DNA from: Bugula neritina
Lineage: Eukaryota; Animalia; Bryozoa
Assembly: GCA_964035545.1 (NCBI GenBank)
Contig: OZ037771.1
Coordinates: 321,628-385,627 of the forward strand
Length of the DNA stretch: 64,000 bases
Reading direction: 5' to 3'
Both the position numbers and the translations under genes were made by a program. The notes under the pieces were generated by a model that saw only the letters and a list, made by a program, of their open reading frames with translations, did no database searches and was not told where the DNA came from. How positions within the stretch are numbered: position 1 is the first letter of the stretch; each line of letters starts with the position of its first letter. Below, in pieces: positions 49,724-60,791 of this stretch.

Positions 49724-52700
49724 GCTTAGTTATATGATTTAATATAAAGTCAACATTAGAAGCTGCCAACAATATGCTGAATCAGCAAACAACACATTTT
49801 CCTACCAGTTGGCGGATCAGTTAGCAGTTGTCCAAAATAAACACATTCTTCCTTCTACTCTACTCTGTATATTCTGTGTACTCACTACACTGTATACTCT
49901 ACTCTGTATACTCTACTCTGTATACTCTACTCTGTGTACTCTACTCTGTATACTCACTACTCTGTATACTCACTACTCTGTATACTCTACTCTGTATACT
50001 CTACTCTGTATACTCTACTCTGTATACACTGTATTATACTGTATACACTGTATTATACTGTATACTCTGTATTATACTGTATACTCTGTATTATACTGTA
50101 TACACTGTATTATACTGTATACTCTGTATTATACTCTACTATACTCTGTATTATACTGTATACACTGTATTATACTGTATACTCTGTATTATACTGTATA
50201 CACTGTATTATACTGTATACACTGTATTATACTGTATACTCTGTATTATACTGTATACACTGTATTATACTGTATACACTGTATTATACTGTATACTCTG
50301 TATTATACTGTATACTCTGTAATATATTGTATACTCTGTATTACTACTGTATACTCTGTATTATACTGTATACTCTGTATTACTACTGTATACTCTGTAT
50401 ACTCTGTATTATACTGTACTACAGGTGATGGTGGCCGTATTGCTGCTCTGTCTGTTTGCACTCAGTTTCGCCACGTCCTTCTTCTTGCTCACTACCGCCA
50501 CACGAAGTCTGCAAGCTGACTTTAGTCCCGACAGCTACACCTGCAAGGTAGACAGCATTCTAACAGATGACGAGGACATTCAATGCACCGACCCCAAGCT
50601 CTATAGTTCCTGTGTCAAGGTCATGCTCAATTGTGCCGGGTTCAATGACACGAAACTTTTGTACAAGTTCTACCGGGACTATTTCAACAACAAGCAGGTT
50701 GCCTTCTTGTATACTATATCCTAACTCTCTACTAACTCTCTACTAACTCTCTACTAACTCTCTACTAACTCTCTACTAACTCTCTACTAGTACTACTAAC
50801 TCTCTACTAACTCTCCCCTAGTACTACTAACTCTCTACTAACTCTCTACTAACTCTCTACTAACTCTCCCCTAGTACTACTAACTCTCTACTAACTCTCT
50901 ACTAACTCTCCCCTAGTACTACTAACTCTCTACTAACTCTCCCCTAGTACTACTAACTCTCTACTAACTCTCCCCTAGTACTACTAACTCTCTACTAACT
51001 CTCTACTAACTCTCTACTAACTCTCTACTAACTCTCTACTAACTCTCCCCTAGTACTACTAACTCTCTACTAACTCTCCCCTAGTACTACTAACTCTCTA
51101 CTAACTCTCCCCTAGTACTACTAACTCTCTACTAACTCTCCCCTAGTACTACTAACTCTCTACTAACTCTCTACTAACTCTCTACTAACTCTCTACTAAC
51201 TCTCTACTAACTCTCCCCTAGTACTACTAACTCTCTACTAACTCTCTACTAACTCTCCCCTAGTACTACTAACTCCCCCCTAGTACTACTAACTCTCTAC
51301 TAACTCTCCCCTAGTAGTACTAACTCACCTTGTGCTACTAACAGTGTACTACTAACTCTCCTCTAGTAATACTAACAGTGTAGTACTAATAGTACAATAC
51401 TAACTCCCCTTGTAGTGCTCTAGTATACACTCTGTTATCATAAGAGTATATACTAGCTGTGTTAGACTGCTCTATTGACATCTAAAGCAGGTTGTATGGT
51501 GTTTTACCTGTGAAACGTTTACTTCTAGACACTGTTTTTCTACTTGTACAGTTTGGCAGCGTTCATGGGGTCAGTTGGCTAGTATTGTCAGCATGGTCTG
51601 TGCATCGCTTCTTATTTTACGCTCCCTTTGAGCTAATTTGAATACCCTCGAGTTACTCCACACTCCTTGAGTTACGTTACACCCCTTGAGTTACTCTGCA
51701 CTCCTTGCTCTACACCCCTTGAGTTACTCTACACTCCTTGCTCTACACCCCTTGAGTTACTCTACACTCCTTGAGTTACGTTTCACCCCTTGAGTTACTC
51801 TACACCCCTTGAGTTACTCTACACTCCTTGAGTTACGTTTCACCCCTTGAGTTACTCTACAGTCTACACCCTTTGCTCTACACCCTTTGAATTACTCTAC
51901 ACCCCTTGAGTTACTTTACATCTCTCTCTCTACACCCTTTGAATTACTCTACACCCCTTGAGTTACTTTACATCTCTCTCTCTACATCCCTTGAGTTACT
52001 CTACACCCCTTAAATTATTTACTTGTGTACTATTTATTTATTTACCTGTTGAATATCTATTTATTTACCTGTTGAATATTTATTTATTTACCTGTTGAAG
52101 ATTTATTTATTTACCTGTGTACTGTGTTGTGCAGAGGTCATGCTGTGCTCTATACTCTCTCAATTCATTTTCTATTATTTTGCTTTTTATGGTTTTGATT
52201 TATGACTTCGGCGAATTTGTTGAATTCCAGAGCATTTAATAACATTTAGGAGTTGTATTTCCTCTGGTGATGCATATCTGTATATTGTATCATAGTATAT
52301 ACTGTACACTGTATCATAGTATATACAGTACACTGTATCATAGTATATACTGTATACTGTATCATAGTATATACTGTACACTGTATCATAGTATATACTG
52401 TACACTGTATCATAGTATATATACTGTACACTGTATCATAGTATATACTGTACACTGTATCATAGTACATACTGTACACTGTATCATAGTATATACTGTA
52501 TCATAGTATATACTGTATACTGTATCATAGTATATATACTGTATACTGTATCATAGTATATATACTGTACACTGTATCATAGTATATACTGTGTGTGTGC
52601 AGTGTAGATACTGTATCATACTGTATACTGTGTGTGTGCAGTGTAGTGCCACCAGATGTGCTGAACCTGACAAGATATATGAAGACGCTGTAAGAAATGT

Positions 52701-54492
52701 CGAGTATAAATATCCTCACTCTTTCATCACCGGCTGCTGCACACTCGTGAGTTGCCTTCTCTTTCTACTTTGTATTTACTTACTTGATGTGTGAGGTCAT
52801 AGAAGAAGATGCTAGAATGCTGCCCACTAATAACGCTGCCGTAGCTTGTTGTGTAGTTTCAATATGCTTGCTATTATTCGCTGGTAGAATGGCACGTTAG
52901 AGGAGGACCTGGATGAGTCTGAAATACCTCCAAGAAAGCAGTTTCCTGTCGAAACAAATGAGACGGACTTGTACGAGGACTTCCTGTTTGTGCCCGTCGC
53001 CACCTTTCAGTACGACCGCAACAAACCTGAGGCTATGTTTTACATGAGAGACGACCCAGGTAGGCCAAATGCTACTGTATGGTCACATGACTCAGTCACA
53101 TGACTCAGTCACATGACTCGGTGTACTGTCTATACAGGACTGCATATCTCCTCATGTTGAGGTCTTACTTGCAGATTGCAGAGTTGTCCTCTCTGTGTCA
53201 AATGAACAAAGTTGTGGCAACTCCACTAGTTGTATGATGAAGTAGTATAATTTATATTTATGCTCTTCATATATGATCTTAGACTGCGTATTAAACTATA
53301 TTGTATTATATTATTATGTTGTGTTAATAAATTATTATATTATATTATTAAATTATATTATTAAATTATATTATTATATTATATTATATTATAGTATTAT
53401 ATTATATTATAGTATTATATTATATTATATCATATTATATTATATTGCATACAGGGACAAACAGCATGGTGCTGAGTCACCCAGTCAGCTACTTCATCAT
53501 AATAGCTCCGCAGCTAATCATGTTCGTCATAGCCCTGGTTCTGATTGGTCTCTTTATAACCAATAAGATGGTAGCTAAAGAACTGTACAGGTAATCCTTC
53601 TTCTCAGGTAAATTATGTCAAAGGCTACTCGACTTTAAGCTACTGAGTCAACACAGTGTTTGCCCTGCATAGTGTGCTGTGATGACTGAATACACTCTCA
53701 CATTAGGGAGGGCTGCTTAACCACCCGTACTAGAAATAGTGACTATGTTAGGTCCTCTGTCAACTCAGGTAGAAAAGCTGAAACACCCAGGGCGTGTTAT
53801 CAAGTCCCACAGCTAATTGCTAGATAAATACGCTAAATAAACATCTACAGGTGATAGCATGGGACTCCTTAGTGGAAGAATGTGACCCTCTGTCTATGTA
53901 ATGTCTATACAAGCCTTGTGGAACTGTGTAATACTACTGTATGTAGTAATATATTATATGATGTTACTCTATACAGTATTATTGTATATAGTATTACTGT
54001 ATATAATATTGCATACAGTAAATATTATATTGTATACTACCTACTATATTATATTGTATATTACTATATTATATTATATATTAATATATTATATTATATA
54101 TTACTATATTATATATTACTATATTACTGGATATATTACTATATTACTGGATATATTACTATATTATATATTACTATATAATATAATATATTACTATATT
54201 ATATTATATATTACTATATTACTGGATATATTACTATATTATATTATATATTACTATATTACTGGATATATTACTATATTATATTATATATTACTATATT
54301 ATATTATATATTACTATATTACTGGATATATTATTATATTATATATTACTATATTACTGCTGCAGACCAGTCACCACAATCACTCCCCTCCACCTCAAAG
54401 TCAACGGCAAGTGGTACATCAAAGAGGTGAAGCCAGAGGAGCAGCAGATGAATGCATTTGAGAAACTACGCGCTGCCAACTTAGAGAAATAA
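49252..54492 (+). CDS. Two-TM ion-channel auxiliary subunit-like protein (BK-channel beta KCNMB / TipE superfamily); exons 49252-49437, 50425-50697, 52642-52746, 52888-53059, 53455-53590, 54366-54492
   Basis: Cytoplasmic N-terminus, TM1 (VMVAVLLLCLFALSFATSFFLL), Cys-rich loop (YTC..IQC..YSSCVKVMLNC..LLY..NKQCSATRC..GCC..DP) and TM2 (YFIIIAPQLIMFVIALVLIGLFI). Topology and Cys spacing resemble KCNMB (YPCLQVxVN..NxxCSY). Gene model is solid; family assignment is inferred. Confidence 0.6.
49855..54360 (+). repeat. Further intronic arrays of the KCNMB-like gene (49855-50424, 50722-51410, 51645-52010, 52285-52641, 53290-53450, 53940-54360)
   Basis: Directly visible tandem units; several end at acceptors (50424, 52641, 54365). 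Confidence 0.9.
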
Positions 54493-55406
54493 CCTCCTCC
54501 AGTCTCTCCACATTTCTCTTCAGTCTGAATATTTATACTTCCTTCCCATGTCTCGCCTTCAACAAACCAGTAGCCGGCTAATCAGTGAAGGACTCTAGAA
54601 AGGAAATCTTCTCATTATATAAGGAACCTTCAAGTAGAATAACCTGTAAAGTCAGCCATTTTTCTAAGCATGCTGAATGTTGGAACACAGTCTATCTTCT
54701 CAGATTTCCTGAACTCTGTCCGGGGTTTACTTTGTGGGAGATGAACCTTCAGCTTTTAGTCATATTCTATGCAAATCATATCAGTTTTACCCTGCAGTGT
54801 GCGTACACTGTACATACTATGTCATACCCAAATACACTTACCAGTGTACGTACACTGTACATACTATGTCATAACCAAGTACACTTACTCACCAGTGTGC
54901 GTATTCTAACATTTTAATATCCCCGTCTATGCACCATGTCCATTAATTAATTCAACTTTATCCAGATAATATTAATATTGCATTATATAATATTATGTTA
55001 TATAATATCAATATTATGTCATATTGTATATACTCTACAATCATATATCATATTAAGTATTGCAATATATATCTTTATTATACGTGCTACATATTACAAT
55101 ATACATTTATTAGAAAGTTTTTTTATTATGTTATTTCTACATTTAACAGTTTCCAAGTATCTTATTAATGAAAAGGCATTTATTTAACCATTTTAATGTT
55201 TTTCAGTCATTTAGTTTGCTGTGTTGCCTTGCCATTGCAGCTTTTCCACCACAGACTAAGCTGACGATGACACACGTTGAATGTGTGGTCAGGTGATAGC
55301 GCAGTGTGCGCAGTGCATGTGCAGTATTTCATGCATTGCATATACAGTATAACATACAGTACATAGTATAGTGTATGCGATATCATTCACTGCTTTATCT
55401 TTTACA

Positions 55407-57504
55407 ATGCTCACTGTGTGCTATGGTAAGTATAAATTATTGCTTGTACTCAATGTAGATATATTTTATTTTGTAATACAAGTATTTAATATACATAGCC
55501 ATGCATGTATTAAGTATGTAATATATTACGTAGCACAGTATATAAAACCTTGCTGTTGTATTTACACACTGCAGTTTTCGTTGTCTGCTGCCTTGTTCTT
55601 ACTGCTGGCAGCAGACGTGTCCTGGTAGAGATGAGTCATCCCTATGATGACAGAACGGCATCACCTCCCGACCCTCTCATGTGGAAGTACAAGTTACAGA
55701 ATATGCACAAAGGACCTTGGGAAGGTCATGGCAACATATGGTAGGTTGACCAGTTGACTCATCACCCAAGTGTGCTGTTGTGTTTTTGTCCTTCCTTACT
55801 CTGTGTCGAGTTTTCTTACCTCCTTGTTGGTGATTCAGGTTTGAAATAAACAACTACAAGATGAATGAGCATGCGGGCACCCATATTGACGCCCCAACCC
55901 ATTTCAACAGGGCTGGCTGGGATCCAGCGGAGATACCTTTAGATAGACTGTACGATCTGCCAGCTGTAGTGATAAATATCACTGAGAGGGCTCTTTCTGA
56001 CCCCCGCACACAACTACAAGAAGGTCTTGGTTCTTAGGTTTTACTTTGCGTTATTAGAATTGTGAGACTGTTTGCTAGACATCAATTAGTAACTACTAAC
56101 TACGTACAAACCATTAACTATACATTAATAACTATACACCATTAACTATACATTAATAACTATACACTAGTAACTATACGCTAGTAATTATACACTAGTA
56201 ACTATACACTAGTAACTATACACTAGTAACTACTATACACTAGTAACTATACACTAGTAACCATACACTAGTAACTATATACTAGTAACTATACACTAAT
56301 AACTATATGCTAGTAACTATACACTAGTAACTATACACTAGTAACCATACACTAGTAACTATACACTAGTAACTATACACTAGTAACTATACACTAGTAA
56401 CCACAAACTATCAATTCTACACTATTAAGTAATAACTAAACTATACCTCTGTGTGTAGATGATTTACTAGACTGGGAAGCTGTGCATGGTGAGATACCAG
56501 AGAGAGCTGCCGTGTTGGTAAACTCTGGCTGGTCAGCTAAGTATGGCACAGCAGCGTTCATGGATATCGTGAGAGATGAGAACGGAACTATCACAGGTGA
56601 GTAATATGAAACAACTAAAGTGGTGGATAGGTTAATTTATCTAGTGGCGGATAAGATAGTTTATCTAGTGGTGGATAGGTTAGTTTATCTAGTGGTGGAT
56701 AGGTTAGTTTATCTAGTGGTGGATAAGATAGTTTATCTAGTGGTGGATAGGTTAGTTTATCTAGTGGTGGATAAGATAGTTTATCTAGTAGTGGATAGGT
56801 TAGTTTATCTAGTGGTGGATAAGATAGCTTATCTAGTGGTGGATAGGTTAGTTTATCTAGTGGTGGATAAGATAGTTTATCTAGTGGTGGATAGGTTAGT
56901 TTATCTAGTGGTGGATAAGTCATTGATGTCAGTCTACACCAACCACTTCTCCCTTCTTTATAGACATGAGATTTCCTAGTGTGAGTCCCCAAGCAGCACA
57001 ATGGCTGGTAGACAACCGCCCCTCAATATCATGTGTTGGCATTGACACTACCTCCCTAGAATATGAACCAGGTAACTATTTCATTACTACTATTGGGAGT
57101 TGCTTTCCCTCTGTTAGGAGCTAAACACTGAATATAATACATAATCTTTTTGTTGAAAGTTAATGGGGAGATTTCAGCAATATTCTATATTCTAGTTCAT
57201 CTTGTATTTTATTGTATGCATAGCTATGTATGTGTTAAATCTTTCTCTCCCAGGGTTCAACTACACCACCCACAGGATTCTACTTGGCAAGAACATCTAC
57301 GGAATAGAAAACTTGGCCAATCCTGGTATGCTGCCAGCATCGGGTGCCAGAATTACCATCTTACCAATCAGACTCTCTCACGGCAGCGGGGCTGCTGCAA
57401 GAATAGTTGGGGTTTTCCATGAAATAGACAGTAGTTCAGGGAAAATAACTCCTTTTGTATTACTTTTCTGTTGTGTGCAGTTTTTGTATTTTATATTTAA
57501 TTAA
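55407..57504 (+). CDS. Kynurenine formamidase/isatin hydrolase-like metal-dependent cyclase; exons 55407-55425, 55575-55740, 55839-56023, 56459-56596, 56964-57071, 57254-57504
   Basis: Signature EHAGTHIDAPTHF, plus VLVNSGW, FPSVS..AAQWL, VGIDTTSLE, HRILLGKNIYGIENLAN and GSGAAARIVG. Signal peptide and hydrophobic C-terminal tail. Confidence 0.9.
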
Positions 57505-58093
57505 TTTTCCTCAACTAGAAGTTGTACGCCCTTACTGCTCTGCGCTATTCCGCAATTAACTCCTCTATGCATTCTACTACTGTTAAATAGCACTGCTATA
57601 TGCACTCTATTACTGCTAAATAGCACTGCTCTATGCACTCTACTACTGCTAAATAGCACTGCTCTATGCACTCTACTACTGCTAAATAGCACTGCTCTAT
57701 GCACTCTACTACTGCTAAATAGCACTGCTCTATGCACTCTACTACTGCTAAATAGCACTGCTCTATGCACTCTACTACTGCTAAATAGCACTGCTCTATG
57801 CACTCTACTACTGCTAAATAGCACTGCTCTATACACTCTACTACTGCTAAATAGCACTGCTCTATGCACTCTACTACTGCTAAATAGCACTGCTCTATGC
57901 ACTCTACTACTGCTAAATAGCACTGCTCTATGCACTCTGCTACTGCTAAATAGCACTGCTCTATGCACTCTACTACTGCTAAATAGCACTACTCTATGCA
58001 CTCTACTACTGCTAAATAGCACTGCTCTGTGCATTCTACTACTGCTAAATAGCACTACTCTATGCACTCTACTACTGCTAAATAGCACTGCTC
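56130..58093 (+). repeat. Cyclase gene arrays: 14-bp (56130-56400), 24-bp (56619-56918), 33-bp in 3' region (57565-58093)
   Basis: acactagtaactat; gttagtttatctagtggtggatag; gcactctactactgctaaatagcactgctctat (~16 copies). Confidence 0.95.
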
Positions 58094-58349
58094 ATCAACT
58101 AGACAGGCTTATCACTGCATTTTCTAGAAACAATTGAATTGTTACAGGAAGCTCACTGATGTTATGAATTTTGCATTTCTGGTATTGAAGCTCCAGTTTC
58201 CATGATGGATTCATTCATTTGGCTTATGGAAATAGTTACATTCATGGAAATACAGTAATAATATACCCTATATCTATATAATTATAGGCCTGCTTCTCTT
58301 TATACTCATGACTTGCTTTGAACTGTAAATTAAATTAAAGCTTGAATAC

Positions 58350-58690
58350 AATGCATTTTGCTTCAACTGGTCACCTTTCTCCACCATTTCCTGATCAGGT
58401 GGCAGGTGAACCAGACTTTTCCATCTCACTCGGTCACTTGTGTCATTCTGGTTGAGATCATCAGCAAATAACTTAGCCCATGGTGTATCTTCTTTAATGC
58501 TCTCAGCAATTACGTCCACAATGATGATGGAGAGTTGCAGACTCAAGGCAGATCCTTGGTGTAAACCAACCTTTACTTCTATTTCTATGCCTCCAGTATT
58601 TGTCCTGATTTGAGTTTGACAGTTCTCATACATATCTTGGATGGTCATGATGCACCTTTCAGGCACCCCTTTCTTCCTGAGGCAGTACCA
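58350..58690 (-). mobile_element. Fragment of RTE-clade non-LTR retrotransposon (reverse transcriptase, internally deleted)
   Basis: WYCLRKKGVPE..IQDMYEN..VKVGLHQGSALS..IIVDV..PWAKLFADDL (RT motifs incl. FADD), joined directly to the RTE-type C-terminal motif DRVRWKSLV. Confidence 0.85.
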
Positions 58691-59331
58691 GGTCCCTTTG
58701 AATTTGAATATGATTTAAAATAACCATGCTTCAATAAATGCCTTGCCTAGACACAATGTTCGGGTTTGTATTTTAGTTTGTGAACATTGAATGGTAGCGT
58801 TTGCATTTTATTGTCATTTTTTATACCTTTGAATTTAAATATAATATAAAATAAATATTACCATTCTTCAATAAATGCTTTGCCTAGACACAATATTTAT
58901 TTGCTAAAGAATACTAGTTGATTTGGGTTTGTATTTTAGTTTTATACTCTAACTCATCGATATAAATGAAAAATTCTAAAAGTCACTTTGTGTGCTCCTG
59001 GTTTTGCTACATATAAGAAGAACACATGTGACCTTGTTTCTAAACAAGTTGTAATTAATGTAAATGGAATTAATTTGATTAAATTATAAATATACTGTTA
59101 AATAATAATGAATAAGTATTTACTCAAGACTTAAAATATAAGTAAGTTCAAATATTGGCAGTAAAATATATATAAGTAAACAATAGCATTGAAAAGTTAG
59201 CAACTTAAACAGAATAAATTAATAAAATGCTAATTGTTGTCCTTCAGATAAACCTGATGATAATGATAGAATGCCATAAATAACTTGTCAGCAGTACTCA
59301 AATATTAAATAAAAATATTGCAGATTCAGTA

Positions 59332-60395
59332 AGCCTGGTGGGGTAATGGTAGAGCTTTTGTCTTCCAGCTGTAAGTTGTGGGGGTTAAAGCCCTCAAATA
59401 CTCTTATTTTTTCACTATTTATTAAGCTCATGCACTCTCTGTAGTGAAAATCGGTTGTGGTTATACCTCACCTCAAGCTAAGGGATGCTTGTGGGTTGGT
59501 GACAAAGCTCTGGTTTCTTGTGGTGTGAGGCCACTGGTTCAAGCCTCGGCTCCTGCCAGTTATTTTTTAAGTAATTTTATTCTGTTTCAAAACAATGTTA
59601 TTTACTAGTTATATAAGGCAGTTTATTGTGGCGTCATTGTAGGAGACAGGTAGAACATTGGTTTCTAGAATGTGTAGATCTGGGTTCGAACCCTCTTCAA
59701 GAAACTATTTTTATACTTTATTTGGCTTATGCACATACCTTAGTGAAAATAAATTGTTGTTATAGAATACCTTGTGCAGAGAGTTCTTGTTGGGTTATTG
59801 GTAGTGCTTTGATAGCCTGTGCCATTGGTTGCAGGTTCAAGCCCTGCCCATCTCCAAAAACTTTCTTGTCATCTTAATCTTATTTCATGGTGATAATTGA
59901 GTAATTAGAATTTTTAATTTGTATTTGGTTTCCAGTTTAAATATATTGTATAATAAATAACTTAAAAGTATTTTTTTAGATAAATAATTTGAAGACTTTA
60001 TCTTTTTTACCAAAAGGTAATTCATACTTTGGAATCCCTGCTGGACTCCACATGAGTGCCTGATTTAGAGTCCCTGCTGAACCCCACGAGTGCCTGATTT
60101 AGAGTCCCTGATGAACTCACCGCGAGTGCCTGATTCTTGGGAGGCAGGTACTCATGGGTGTTCAGCAGACTTTTTTTTTCAGGCTGCGTTCGGGTATTGA
60201 ACCAGTGTCTTTGTGGTTGAGGAGAAGCGCCCCTACCATTACCCTGGGACGGGTCCCCCTATAACAAACCCTTGTTGATGCTTATATTTTTGTATTTCAG
60301 GAATTTCAAAATATTACAAAAATTACAAATGAAGCCGCATGGGTTTGAACCCACACCCTTAGGCACATAATACCAAAGCTCTACCACTACTCTAT
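59332..60395. repeat. Array of six degenerate tRNA-like (Pol III A/B-box) units, four on + and two on -, around a central direct/inverted repeat
   Basis: B-box-like GGTT(C/A)RA at 59383, 59536, 59683, 59834 (+) and 60203, 60351 (-). Most have an A-box-like (A/G)TGGTAG upstream and T-runs downstream. No convincing cloverleaf seen by eye. Confidence 0.7.
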
Positions 60396-60791
60396 TAGTA
60401 TCTCGATATTTGAAAGCAGTTATTAAGAAGATCTGATTTTTCCTTATGTGAATGAAATTAAAAAAAATTTGCTCCAAGTTTTAAAGGATTTTAACTGATA
60501 GCCTCTCATATAGCCGTCTACTGCACATACTATAACTTATTGTGTGTATCTTATCGGACTGGTGATAGTTGCTACATAGTTTCTTCATTTAGTTATAGTA
60601 TTTTATCAAATAGTCAAAGTTTGAATATGAGTGATATATTTACATACTGCAACTAAACTTTCTGTACAAAAAATAAATAAATCCTGAAACATGAATTAAG
60701 CAACAAATAAAATAGAAAATGCTGTGCAAATAAGTATAACAATGAATTGTGTAGTTGAAGCAGTTGATTACTGTTGGAGGAAGTTAGCCAA

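Noticed and set aside
51415-51640. Possible alternative exons in KCNMB-like intron 2 (tag|TGCTCT.., cag|TTTGGC..)
   Set aside because: Frames close within 20-30 codons and no matching donor was found; needs RNA data.
59332-60395. Functional tRNA gene cluster
   Set aside because: Only A/B-box-like motifs are kept; I could not pair acceptor or anticodon stems convincingly.
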